NCBI GenBank assembly: GCA_963727445.1
Contig: CAVSGI010000005.1
Span: 164,377 to 228,376 of the forward strand
DNA length: 64,000 nt
DNA from: an uncultured delta proteobacterium
Lineage (GTDB): Bacteria > Myxococcota_A > Polyangia > Polyangiales > B10-G4
Reading direction: 5' to 3'
A model generated the notes under the pieces. The model worked only from the letters and a program-made list of their open reading frames with translations. It was not told where the DNA came from and did not search any database. Each line of letters opens with the position of its first letter. Position 1 is the stretch's first letter. The translations under genes were made by a program, and so were the position numbers. Positions 51,742 to 63,269 of the stretch are shown piece after piece.

Positions 51742-52036
51742 ATCTCCTCCGTCGTAATTAGCACTTCTGGGGATGAGTGAGCCGCGCTGCCCGTGGGGGC
51801 GCTCATGAGCCGTACACACCAGTATGCGCGAGTGAGAGGATGTGTGCACCTGCTTTGGGGGGCTCGACCCCCACGGTCCGCGAAGGGAGGGGGGGCGTCC
51901 CCCCACGAAATCCATGGACTCTTTCCGCGCCTGAACGAAAACCCCCGTCGTTTCCAGATGTAACCCTGTTTCCTACCCCGTGGATCGGTGCGTGCATGAT
52001 GAGCCACCCGTGATGAACGATCACGAGGGAGGCACT

Positions 52037-54289
52037 ATGAAGAAAGCGACCGTACTCGCGCTTTCTCTCACCCTGGCCGGGCTGCTCGCGAGCTGCAGCA
52101 ACGACAGTGGTGGTGGAGAAGGCGTGCTACCGGGCGTCCAGTCGCTGCTGTTTGCACAGCGGGCGTACATCGGACCCGATGGGAGCCATCAGTTCGATGG
52201 CATGGGCAACATTTTCGACTACCAGCGGTACGTGCCGGGTGGTGGTCTCTTCACCCTGACACCCCCGACCCCCGACGGTGAGCTCTTCGAGCTGACCGGG
52301 GACTTCGAGGGCGTGGACATCAGCGGTGTGGATCTCAGCTACGACGCGAAGGAAGTGGTCTTCTCGATGCGCCACAGCGGCGACGACCACTACCACGTCT
52401 GGGCGCGAACATCGACGGCACCAGCGATGTCCGGCAGCTCACCTTCGGTCACTACGACGACATCGCGCCGATCTACACGACCGAGGACCGCATCGCCTTC
52501 GTCACCAACCAGCCGTACACCGAGATGGGCACTCGCGCCGACGAGTACAACCACTCGCGCGTCGTCACCCAGTTCGCGACCATCAGCCCTGTCGGGTGGT
52601 GACGCCGACCGCATGGTCTGCTCGCAGAACCTCTCGCATACGCTGGGCCGCCACTCGCTGCTGAGCGACGGCCGCGTGCTGTACTCGCGCTGGGAGCACC
52701 TCGGCCCCGTCAACGACGTGAAGCTCTTCGCGATGAACCCCGACTGCTCGAACATGATGGCGGTCGCGGGTCAGTTCGGTAAGGGCTTCAACAGCCTCGT
52801 CCAGGCCCGCGAGCTCCCGGGTCGTCCCGGCGAGTTCGTCGGCATCGGCACCTCGCCGTGACGGCACCATCCAGGCCGGCGCGCTCATCCAGGTCGACGC
52901 CCGTTCGCTCACCAGCTCGACGCGACACCGCCTCGACGTGCAGCAGGCCACCTTCCAGAACCTCACCCCGCTCGTCCCGACCGACAGTCGGCGCCGCCGA
53001 GCGGCGTCGGCCGCTACCGGGAGCCCGTATCCCCTGGACGACGGCCGCCTGCTCGTCTCCTGGGTCGAACGGCGGCGTCAACGAGAGCCACGAGCTCGCC
53101 GAGACCGCACCCGAGTTCGGCATCTACCTCTTCGATCCCGGAGAGCGGCAGCCGCACGCTCATCTACGACAACCCGGGCACCTGGGACCTCTACGCGATG
53201 CCGGTGCGGGCCGCGCGACGTGCCGCCGCGTCCTCGCGACTGTCGCGGCGAACCCGGATCCCGGCTGACACGCCGGCCATCATCGGCTCGATCGACATCA
53301 GCGTCACCTCGCCTCGACGAGACGGTCAGCGGCGGCGGCTTCGCCGACGGCACGCCGCTCACCGATGCGCTCAGCGAAGCGGTCCAGCGTCCGCATCATC
53401 GAGGGCTTCTCCTCCGAGATCGGCCCTGTCCGCAGTTCGGCCTGACCATGCACGAAGGCGCGGCGGTCCTCGGCGAGGCGCCGGTCACGGCGGACGGCTC
53501 CTGGCGAGGCGGCGGTGCCGCCCTACTTCCCTACCACCTGCAGCCGATCGACGATACGGCATGGCCATCCGCAACCAGCGCCTGTGGATCCAGGCAATCC
53601 CGGTGAGGACCCGCCGCTGCGGTGGCTGCCACGCCAGCCGCTCGGAGACAGTCCTGCCGCGGCCGGTGCCGACCACCCTCGCCCAGCAGGCCGGTCCCGA
53701 GGACTTCGTCGAGTCCGATCCCGGAGCGCATGGAGCTGCCCTGGTACGGCGCCGCCGACAACTCGGCACGCCCCACACGAACATCCAGGACCTCTTCGAT
53801 GCGAAGTGCGTCAGCTGTCACTCCGGTGGCGCGGGCGACCCCTTCGCCGGCCGGACCTACACGGTCGAGGTCACCACGGAGGACGGCAGATGTCAGCCAG
53901 TACCAGATCCCGGTGCTCGACCTCAGCGATCGGCCCATCACGGTCGAGTACGAGAGGGAGGTCGTGGACTACCCGGCGTCGTACGTCTCGCTGCTCTACC
54001 CTCGGCGATGATGGCCGACACCTCGGTGCTCATGGGCACGCCCATCCAGTGGGTGAATCCTCAGGACGCTCGCGGCAGCCGGCTCATCGAAGCCATCAAC
54101 GCCGAGAGCGAGCTCACCGCCGGGTCCTTCGCCTACGACACCCCTCCCCACCCGGAGGACGTTGGCGTCGACCTGACCCGCGAGGAGCGCATGATGCTCA
54201 TCCGGATGGTCGACCTCGGCGGCCAGTACTACAGCCGTCGAAACGTGCCGGGCGGGTTCAGCCCATATTCCACTGGCTCGAGCTACTGA
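52037..54289 (+). CDS. HzsA-like beta-propeller/heme lipoprotein, heavily frameshifted
   Basis: LASC lipobox; DGRVLYSRWEH, LFAMNPD, VLGEAPVTADGSW, PYHLQPID; CGGCH (~53618) and CVSCH (~53807). Confidence 0.75.
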
Positions 54290-54304
54290 AGAAAGGAGTA
54301 AGCC

Positions 54305-55204
54305 ATGAAGAAGATCAACATGATTCTCTCGCTAGCCGCGCTGCTCCTGGGTGCCTTCACCGCGACTGCCTCTGCGCAGACTGCTGGTGTCGCGGACGAC
54401 TGCTCGTTCGACCGTGCCCGGGGTGAATGCAGCCCTGGCACCAGCGCCCCGTCGCAAGATGCGATGATGGCGGTCATCGCCTCGGGGTCCACGCAGCGGC
54501 TGATGGCCACGCTCGAATACGGGCAGATGGTCGACTGCAACGCCTGCGTCGTTCCCCTGATGAACCGCATCCTCGCCGACGACAACCCCCGTGCCCGAGA
54601 GTTCGGCGCTTGGTGGCTTCGTCAGCGCACCTTCTCTGCCAGCATGTCCTTCGACTTCTTCCGGCGCACGCTGGCAGGAGACACGGACGCCGTCCGGCGG
54701 GCGCGCGCTGCAGAGGCCATCGGTGAGTTCCTCACCCCCCACGCCGTGCCGCTCTTGACGGAGGCCCTCTCCGACGCCGACGCCGGCGTTCGTGAGGCCG
54801 CCGTTCGCGGGCTCGGCCGTACCAACCACATCCAGTCGCAGATGGGCATCGCCACGGCGATGTCCGACGCGGCCCCCGAGGTTCGCCTCGCAGCGGTGAA
54901 GCAGGTCAACATGATCAACGCCTTCACCCAGTTCGACGCCCTCATCGGTGCCCTCGCGGATGCCGATGCCAGCGTTCGGCAGGAGGCGGCGCTTCAGCTC
55001 GGCCAGCGCAGCGTCAGCGACGCGGTTCCGGCGCTCACGGCGCTGCTCACCGCGGACGAGGATGCGGGTGTTCGCCGCGCTGCGGCCTGGGCTCTGGGCA
55101 GCATCGGCGGCTCGGACGCGCGGACCGCTCTCGGTGATGCGCTCACCACCGAATCCGACGAGAACGTACTACAGGCCATCTCGATCGCGCGGCAGATGCG
55201 CTGA
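54305..55204 (+). CDS. secreted HEAT-repeat protein
   Basis: Signal peptide; repeated DxDAxVRxAAxxxLG; CNAC. Confidence 0.9.
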   Translation: MKKINMILSLAALLLGAFTATASAQTAGVADDCSFDRARGECSPGTSAPSQDAMMAVIASGSTQRLMATLEYGQMVDCNACVVPLMNRILADDNPRAREFGAWWLRQRTFSASMSFDFFRRTLAGDTDAVRRARAAEAIGEFLTPHAVPLLTEALSDADAGVREAAVRGLGRTNHIQSQMGIATAMSDAAPEVRLAAVKQVNMINAFTQFDALIGALADADASVRQEAALQLGQRSVSDAVPALTALLTADEDAGVRRAAAWALGSIGGSDARTALGDALTTESDENVLQAISIARQMR

Positions 55205-55216
55205 TCGGATGGTAGG

Positions 55217-55655
55217 ATGAGAGGCATGCTGGCAGAGCATCATAGCCTCTCATCCCCGCCTCGCGCGGCACGGGCCGGCGCCGGACTCCTCCTCGCTCTC
55301 TTCCTCTCCCTCGGAAGTGGATGCGACGAGAAGTCGGCGCCGGCTTCGTCGTATTATGACGAGCACGTCGGTTCCGCCCTCGAGTTCGGTTGCGTCGAGC
55401 AGACCGCCGGATGTCACCTCGCGAGTGAGCGCGGTGACGCGACCGGGAACCTGGACCTGTCGAGCTTCGACGCGCTCATGCGCCGGCGGGACGTTCTCCC
55501 CGCCTATGGCCCGTACAGCACGGGCCTTCTGCTCTTGAAGGGCAGCGAGAACATCGATGTCGCGGTGCAGACCATGACGCCGAACGCGGACGGCGAATAC
55601 TTCCTGACGGTCACCACCGACATCCGATAAGACGCCGGCTCCACCATCGCTCAGG
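55217..55655 (+). CDS. lipoprotein with atypical CX5CH heme motif, truncated at the junction
   Basis: GSGC lipobox; [16 protein letters not shown]; coding-like sequence stops near 55630-55655. Confidence 0.6.
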
Positions 55656-55797
55656 CGGAATCTCGTAGTACCTGCCGTCGTAGGTGAGCCTGTCCTCGCG
55701 GGCCCATACCTTTCTGCAGATCTCCACGATCTCCCGAGTTCGCCCGAGCGGAGCGTGGAACGGCACGCCGTGGAACCCTTCGATCACCTGGGCCCGA
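55652..55797 (-). pseudogene. internal fragment of an LLM-class F420-dependent oxidoreductase
   Basis: [47 protein letters not shown]. Confidence 0.7.
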
Positions 55798-55905
55798 CGT
55801 GGATGCGACGTTGGCCGGTCCAGCGGCAGGTCGCCAACACCTGCATCGCAGGCGCCGGGCCCATTCCGCCGGCGAACCTGCTGGTTCCGAGTCCTCCTCG
55901 GGAGG

Positions 55906-56479
55906 TCAGACGGCGGACGTTCCCGCGGAGACGGGACGGGGCCGTGTTGGTCCGCGCTTGTCCGCGAGCACTCGGACGAGGGTGAGGAACAGCACCACGC
56001 CGGCGACGGTCAGGTAGGAGATCCACATCAGCGGGTTGCTGGCGTCGGCGCCCGCAGTGACGCCGTGGATGGTGGCGAGCCAGAAGACCCCGAAGCTGGT
56101 CAGGTGGACTCCTCGCCACCATCGGCGTGGCATCCGCTTCATGGCGAGCGAAGTCAGTTCGACGGCGAGCAGACAGGTACATGGCGACGACGCCGAGCGC
56201 GACGGGAAGGGGCTTCCACGCGTTGGCGAACGGGACGAGCAGGTCGGCGGGTCCGAAGTGGCTGTAGGAGTCGGCGACGAGTCCGACGAGGTGGATCGCG
56301 GTGAAGGCGACCGCGGACCCGCCGAGGTAACGGTGGAGGTCGAGAAGCCATCGGGGAGCCGACCTGCCGCCGAGGAGGCGGGTGGTGAGGAGCAGTCCCC
56401 AGATGACGGCTGCGGCGGCGAGCGCCCAGGCGACGATGCCGCTCGACCGGGCGATGTACCACCAGAGCTTCTCGTTCAT
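55906..56479 (-). CDS. ferric reductase-like (MsrQ-like) membrane protein, frameshifted
   Basis: [43 protein letters not shown] (heme-ligand His). Confidence 0.8.
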
Positions 56480-57381
56480 GCGATGAGTTCCTGAAGATCC
56501 TCGGTGGCGGTGTGGCTGCCGGTGTCGTCGACGATCAGCGCGTGACGCACCGGAAACGGCATCGAGATCACCGGTGACGAAGATCACCTTGGTCAGGGCC
56601 TCGGACCACCATCCCGATCCCGTGATCACTGTCGCCGTGACGACGTGTGTCGAGGTCGGGGTTCCGGTGGCCGGGTCGAGCAGGTGGTGGCGGGGCTCCC
56701 CGTTGATCGTCCAGCGCCGCCGGAGCCGGCTGCTGGTGGCGATGCCGGCGTCGCTGAGGGCGAGGTGGAGGATCGTCGTGGCCGTGGTCGAACGGTCGTC
56801 GATGTCGATGACCCACGGTCGTCCACGGGCCCGGTCCCGGCGACGCGGATGTCGCCGCCGATGTCGACCAGCACGCCCTCGGCGCCCGCGGAGAGCAGTT
56901 CCTCGGCGACGATGTCGGCGGCGAGCCCTTTGCCGATGCCGCCGGGGTCGAGATGGACTCCGATCGGCAGGGTGACGGCGTGCAGAGTGCGTCGAGCTCG
57001 ATCGCCCTCGCAGCCGGGGGCGGTCTGCGGCCGGTCGCTGCGAGATCGTTCCGTTCGAGCGGGATGAGCGTAGTAGGTGCGGTCGTACCCGTTGGCGACG
57101 ACGCGTCGAGCACGGTGGGGTCGAAGCGACCGCCGGTCGCGCGCCATGCCGTCCACCGGCAGGTCGACGAGTCGGTAGGTGTCCGCCGACACAAGCGTGG
57201 GCCGGCCCCGCGATGTCGGCGTTCAGCCTCGACAGTTCGCTGCCGGTGTCGAACCGGTCCAGCGCTCTTCGAGTTCGGCGACCCGTTGGCCACGCGCATC
57301 GTCGCGAGGCTCGGGAGGTCCGCCGAGCACCGACGACTGGGCCGTGGTGCCCATGGCTCGGAACTGCTGCTCAGCTGGCAC
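56476..57381 (-). CDS. apbE: FAD:protein FMN transferase, frameshifted
   Basis: FRAMGT, FDPTVL, DPGGIGKGLAAD, DIGGDIRV, GIATSS, HHLLDPATG. Confidence 0.85.
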
Positions 57382-57399
57382 GACTGGTCGCTGTCGCTC

Positions 57400-57770
57400 G
57401 ACGGTCGCGGGGCTTTGGTCACGACCGGGGTTCGGCCAGCCGTCAGGCCAGCCGGTTGGCCGCGGCGGGTGGCCGGGACTTGGCCACGACGGTCGGGCCT
57501 TGGCCGCGGCCGCGGTCGGGTCGAGCCCGGTGTCGGCACCGGGCTGTCGACGGTGGCGTCGGTGGCCAGCACGACACGAACGACGATTGGCGCCGGTGCA
57601 GCGTCCTTGGCGCGGGCGTGGCCGTGGCGACGGCCCGGACAGGTCGCGTGGCCGTGGCCATGGCCCCGGCCAGGACGAGTGCACCGCTGACGCTCAGGCC
57701 GGCGGCGAGGATGCGTCCGCCGGCGGCGGCGTGGGTGCGTCGGGGCTTGGGTTCGCGGCGGTCCGACGAG
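57400..57770 (-). CDS. small membrane-anchored/secreted protein, frameshifted (bounds approximate)
   Basis: RRTHAAAGGRILAAGLSVSGALVLAGAMA followed by a Thr/Pro-rich tail. Confidence 0.45.
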
Positions 57771-57873
57771 GGTGATGCTCGCTGCCGGCGCTCGGGGCTG
57801 TCAGCCGAGCGTGCGGGACGGCTGTGGAGCCGGCGCGCCGCGCTGCCAGGGCGGCAAGACGGGCGTCGGTGGG

Positions 57874-58242
57874 TCAGTCATCCCGCTCACCGCCCGTGGT
57901 CTGCGCTCTCGTCTCGCCCGCTACGGGCTGGTTCGTGCGTCGTCGCGCCGCTGTCGTGGCCGCCGCTGTCGTGGGTGCGACCTTCTGGTGCGACCGTCGT
58001 GGGCGCGCCGTCGCGTGGCGCCGCCGTCGTGGCTGCCACGGCTGGCCGTGCCGGTGGCCGGGTCGACGTAGACGGTGATCTCCTGCGGCGTCGTTGCGTC
58101 GGCTGAGCGACGGTCGTTGGAGGTTGCCGACGTTGTCGGTCGCCCCGGCCAGCAGACCGGTTCCGGCGAGGTACGCGCCGGCGCCCAGGGTGAGGGCGAC
58201 GGCGACGACGGCCGAGGCGATCAAGGCCTTTCTGCGCTCCAT
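57874..58242 (-). CDS. small secreted low-complexity protein
   Basis: MERRKALIASAVVAVALTLGAGAYLA signal; Thr-rich; ends DD. Confidence 0.5.
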   Translation of the reverse strand: MERRKALIASAVVAVALTLGAGAYLAGTGLLAGATDNVGNLQRPSLSRRNDAAGDHRLRRPGHRHGQPWQPRRRRHATARPRRSHQKVAPTTAAATTAARRRTNQPVAGETRAQTTGGERDD

Positions 58243-58356
58243 GATCGTCTCCTTGCGGGTGGGGGATGGGGCCACCATACGGACCGGCACTGAAGCGCCA
58301 GGTCGGGGCAAGGTGAGCGCAAGGTAACGATTCGAGCGCGACCCGACCGTGGCTGT

Positions 58357-59743
58357 TCAAGCGGGGCGTTCGGCCGAGTCCAGGAAGGTCACGACGGCGT
58401 CGATGCCGCCGCCGTCCGCTGCCCGGAGTTCGGCCGTCCGCCACACTGGGCAGCGAGCTGGGCCACGATCGCCAGTCCCAGACCGGTCCCGCCGGGCTCG
58501 GCGGTCGGGCCCGCCAGAAGCGGTCGAAGGCGCGGGTGCGCTGTTCGTCGCTCAGTCCCGGACCTTGGTCGATGACGTGGAGCTCGATCGGTGGTCGGCA
58601 CGGCCGGCGGTGACCTCGACCGTCGAGCCCGGTCGGCGACACGTCGAGCGCGTTGTCGATGAGGTTGTCGAGAATCTGCTCGACGGCGCCCGGCGGTGCC
58701 GACACCCAGACGCCGTCGGAACCGACGGACCGGAGTTCGACGCCGTGTCGGCGGCGATCGGGGCCCAGACCTCGACCCGTTCGGACGTGACGCGTCCAGA
58801 CGGTCGGGACGCGTGGCCGGCGAGGCCGATGCCGCGCGTCAGCGTGAGCAGACCTTCGCTGATCCGGCCGAGCCGCGGCGGTCTCGGCTCGGGCCGACGC
58901 GATCGCCGGCTGCAGCTCGAGCGGGGCGACGGACTCGATGTTCTCGAGTTGGAGTCGTAGCGCGGCGAGTGGCGTCCGGAGCTGGTGGGAGGCGTCGCCG
59001 ACGAAGTCTCGCTGCGCCTCGAGCACGTTCTGCTGACGTTCGGCGCGTCTCGTTGAAGACCGTCGCGAGCTCGCGGAGCTCGGGCGCCCCGGAGTCGGTC
59101 GGACGCGCGGGCAGAGAGGTCGCCCGCGCGCGATCCGGCGGGCGGCGTCCTTCAAGCGGGTCGACCGGTCTCGGTGACCAGGCGGGCGAGGGCGAACCCG
59201 GCCACCGGTGACGGTGACCGCAACGACGACGGTCAGCGAGAGCCAGCCCGAGCCACATCGCACGGACGCGTTGGTCGAGCGTCGAGCTGGGGTAGGTGAT
59301 TCGCACTGCGCCGTGCACGATGCCACTCGACGCGACCGGCGCGGCGACGTAGAGGAGGTCGTCGCCCAGCGTGTTCGAGCGCCGGCGGCCCTCGGCGCGA
59401 TCGCCAGCGATGGCGGTGCGGATCTCGGGCCGGTTCGAGAAGCTCGTGCCGAGCGGTGACGGTCGTCGGAGTCCGCGACGCTGTCGCCGTTGGAGTCGAC
59501 GACGACGATCCGTCCGCCGGGGTCGCGGGCGTAGGCGGTGAGCAACGAGCGCCAGGTCCGGCGGGACATCTCGCTCGAGGGAGTCCTCGGAGAGGCCGCG
59601 CCACGACGGTGGCGTCCTGTTCGATGTCACGGAGGAGCCGATCCCGTTCGAGCGAGGCGAACGTTCGACCGAGCGGGTACACCAGGACCAGCAGCGTGAT
59701 GAGCGTGATCGTCGAGAGTAGCTCGCCAGGAGCCGAGCCTCAT
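58357..59743 (-). CDS. sensor histidine kinase, frameshifted
   Basis: DASHQLRTPL, EQILDNLIDNAL, DQGPG, FDRFW, GTGLGLAIV. Confidence 0.85.
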
Positions 59744-60407
59744 TCCGGACCTCGAGGCGGTAGCCGACGCCGCGGATCGTGGAGATCCACTCCGGATGGC
59801 CGAGCTTGCGGCGCAATGCCGAGATGTGGACATCGAGGGTCTTGGTCGGTCCGAACCAGTTCACGTCCCAGACCTGGTCGATGATGTCCTCGCGCGTGCG
59901 CACCGCGCCGGGACGCTCGGCGAGCATCGCCATCAGGTCGTACTCCTTCGGGTGTCAGGTCCACTTCGCTGATCCCTCGACGTGGACGCGATGCGCCATC
60001 TCGATCGATCCGGAGCGCGCCGAGCTGCTGCACCGATGACCGAGCCGGACGACTGGCTACGTCCGTCGGGTGACCGCACCGATCCGAGCGACGAGCTCCC
60101 GGAAGCCGAACGGCTTCACCAGGTAGTCGTCGGCTCCCAGCTCGAGGAGGAGCACCCGGTCGATCTCGTCACCCCGGGCCGTCAGCACGATGATCGGCAC
60201 CTCGCGCGCGTCCCGGATGCTCCCGACAGACGTCCTTCCCGTCGACATCGGGAAGTCCGAGATCGAGCAGCACCAGATCAACCGAGCCGCAAGATCCACG
60301 GCCTCGCGGCCACTCTCGGTGTGCTCGACGTCGTAGCCGTGACGCTCCAGGCCCTCACGCAGCGACTCGGCGATGCTCGGGTCATCCTCGACAATCAGAA
60401 CCTTCAC
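59740..60407 (-). CDS. OmpR-family response regulator, frameshifted
   Basis: VLIVEDD, LGADDYLVKPF, TLDVHISALRRKLG, TIRGVGYR. Confidence 0.88.
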
Positions 60408-60933
60408 GGCGTTCACCTCATCGGACCGGCCAACGGCCTTCGTTCGGAGACTACGGGCAACGCGTGTTGGCAGGGTCGTCCGGCAAGTCAGCACCAGGTA
60501 AAAGGGGCGATGCGCGCCGCCGATGACGATCTTCAACGGTGACGCGGAGCCGAATGGCCATAGTGGCATGGCTCGTGCCCTTGGCCCTGCCCATTCCTCG
60601 GTCGGACCGACAGAGTGGAACGATGGATCGAGGCGGCTGAGACCGATGTCATTGATCGCCGTGGACCACTTCCACTCGACATTCTCCCGCGACGACGGCG
60701 CCCTCACTCGCTAACTCACCTCTCCGCCCGACCAGCGGGGCGGCGAGCTTCTGTCGCCGAACCTCGAACGCTACGCCTCGCATTCGCAGCCTGCCGACTC
60801 TCGGCCACGACACCTCGTCGTGGTCGGTGACCGCAGACGGAGATCGCGGTGGCGGCAGCCGCGCTCGAATGGGGTGGGCGGGACGAAACGAACCGGCGAG
60901 CCGGCGAATAGGCCACTCGGGACGAGAGTGGAG

Positions 60934-62420
60934 TCAGTCGTCGTTCGATGCGACCAACGCGGCCGGCGTGTGGACCGTCGAGATGGCCGGAACGAACGGG
61001 ACCCTCCACTTGAACCGGCAGCCACCGTCGGGCCCAGGCGAGAGCGTGGCCGTCCCGCCAAGTTCGGCGGCTCGGCTTGCCAGGTTCTCCAGCCCGTTCC
61101 CACCGATCACCTCACCGCTGACCCCGACACCGTCGTCGGTCACGGTCAACACGACGACGTCGGTGACCGACACCACGACTCGGACCGACCGCGTGTGGGC
61201 GTGGTGTGCGACGTTGGAAAGGGCTTCGCGGAGCGTGGGGATGAGGTGTTCGCTGATGCGCTCGTCGAGTGTCTCGATGGATCCTTCGAACTCCACACGC
61301 GGATCCATACCCGAGGCCCTGCCGGCGTCTGAGATGACCGTGAGAAGCCTTCCCCGAAGACCCTCGGGTGCGATGCGTGACCCTTGGAGCGAGAAGATCG
61401 TCGCACGGAGCTCACGGATCGTCACATCGATCTCGTCGATGGAAGCATCGAGGCGGGCTCGGGTCCGGGTCATCGGCTGTCGTGAGCGGCGCCGGACAGG
61501 CCGAGCCCCACCCCGAACAGTCGCTGGATGACCGTGTCGTGCAGATCGTGGTAATTCGATTCGCGGTCCTTGACGAGCAGCATGACCTGTTCGGCTTGGC
61601 GGAGCGCGTCCTGGCTCTGACGCAACTCCTCGTCATGTGCCAGGCGTGCGGACACATCGCGCGCCACTGCAAGGATCGAAGGGCTCCCATCGCGAGCCGC
61701 TGGAGCCGCCTGATAGGTTTCTCGACCGGCACCTCGACACCGTCGCTGCGCAGGGGCCGCGCCTCCCGGCGGATCGTCGACTGCGGCGATCCGAGAGTTC
61801 CGCGATCAAGTCGCGGTACGCGGCTTCAGTGCGTAGGGGTTGAGGTGACCGGCGTCATGGCGATGAGTTCGCTGGCCGTGTAGCCGACGAGGCGGACAGC
61901 GCCTGGGTCTTTTGTTTGACGTGGGAGTACCGTACGTGTCGGCATCGAAGATGAAGAGAGGCCGTCGGAGCTGGCGTCGAGCGCGCGGAGAACGCGTGAC
62001 GCAGGCGGCCGCGTGGCGACCCGGCGGTGACGTCACACATCGCCCGACGACTGAACAACTCGTCGCCCAACTGAAGTGGGCTCTAAGCTGATCTCAGCGT
62101 AGAACTCCGAACCATCGAGTCGAATTCTCGGCGGAGCTGGACGTCAGCTCCCATGTTTTTGAACCTTAGGCTCAGCGCGGTACCGGGTGCGACGGGCTCG
62201 GCGCGACCGCGGAGTTCGGCGGGGAGAGATCGTCGACCCATCGACGATCGAAACAATCTGTCGTGGTGGCATCGAACAGAACCGCGGCCTGTTCGTTGGC
62301 GAACACGACGTCGCCGGAACGCAGAGACCACGACAATGGCGTCGGGTGCCGAGTCGAACAGCGACCAGGAGAACTCCAAGTCGTGAGGCCGTTCAACCGC
62401 GGTCCGACCTGGGCGGCCAT
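60934..62420 (-). CDS. PAS-domain HisKA_3 (DosS/NarX-type) sensor kinase, heavily frameshifted
   Basis: FDSAPDAIVVV/FANEQA PAS; HDLHDTVIQRLFGVGL; REALSNVAHHA; DDGVG; GNGLEN. Confidence 0.75.
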
Positions 62421-62481
62421 CAGTGAGCGGCCGGGGTTCCAATACGTCGTCGTCACGAGCAGTCACCTCCGTGTCGCAACG

Positions 62482-63205
62482 CTACCGGAATCCCGAGCCG
62501 TCTCCGCTAGTTGGGCCGAAGAGCTTGATCGAGTTGTATGTGGCCACGAACGCGATCCAGACCACGAAGCCGGCGAGGCCGATGAACATGGTTGGGCTGC
62601 CGTCGATGATGGCCGGGGTAGTGGCGGCGGCGACGAGGAGCAGGACCGCTCCGAGGAGCCCGAGGGCCTTCCACCACTCGGCGATCTGACCGCTCGCGGC
62701 GGCAGCGGCGCTCAGTCCGGCGAGGGCCACACCGATCGAGACGAGCAGGACGCCGAAGATGGCGTTGTGGAGCACCCACAGAGCGCTCACCACGTCAAGC
62801 ACCGCACCGCCTCGGTGCACATAGCCGGCAATTGCGAGATCCGTGGCGATGAGCATGGTGTAGGTGCCGATGATCCCAGCCGCTCCGAACGCACCTCCGT
62901 AGGCGGCCGCTCGGTGGTCCCCGCGTCCGATTCGGGCGAGCATCGCTCCGAGGAACGCGAGCGAGTCCGAGCGCGCCGATGGGAAACAGCACGGCGAGGG
63001 CCATCGACGTCCCGCGGTGGCCGCCGTAGTAGGCGGCGATGGTGGCGGCATTCGCGTCGTTCGCCGGGAAGCCGGCACGCAGGCCGTTCTGGACGATGAC
63101 CGAGACGACGAAGGCCAGCCCGCCGATGCCGCCGATCAGGCCGGCTGGGGCGAGCGAACGGACCCGCGTGGAGTCGGTCGAGGATGCTGTGGTTGTGGTA
63201 GTCAT
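62482..63205 (-). CDS. multi-pass membrane protein (DUF4386-like), frameshifted
   Basis: Six to seven hydrophobic helices across two frames. Confidence 0.55.
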
Positions 63206-63225
63206 GGACGTTCCCTTAGGCTTTG

Positions 63226-63260
63226 TTGAACATATATAAAGTGACTGTAATCATATTCAA
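63226..63260. promoter_or_regulatory. AT-rich imperfect palindrome, probable TetR operator/divergent promoter
   Basis: TTGAACAT...ATATTCAA between divergent genes. Confidence 0.45.
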
Positions 63261-63269
63261 GTGAGTGGT

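Noticed and set aside
52037..54289. Anammox hydrazine synthase
   Set aside because: No hzsB/hzsC or hao genes; myxobacterial context; only domain-level similarity
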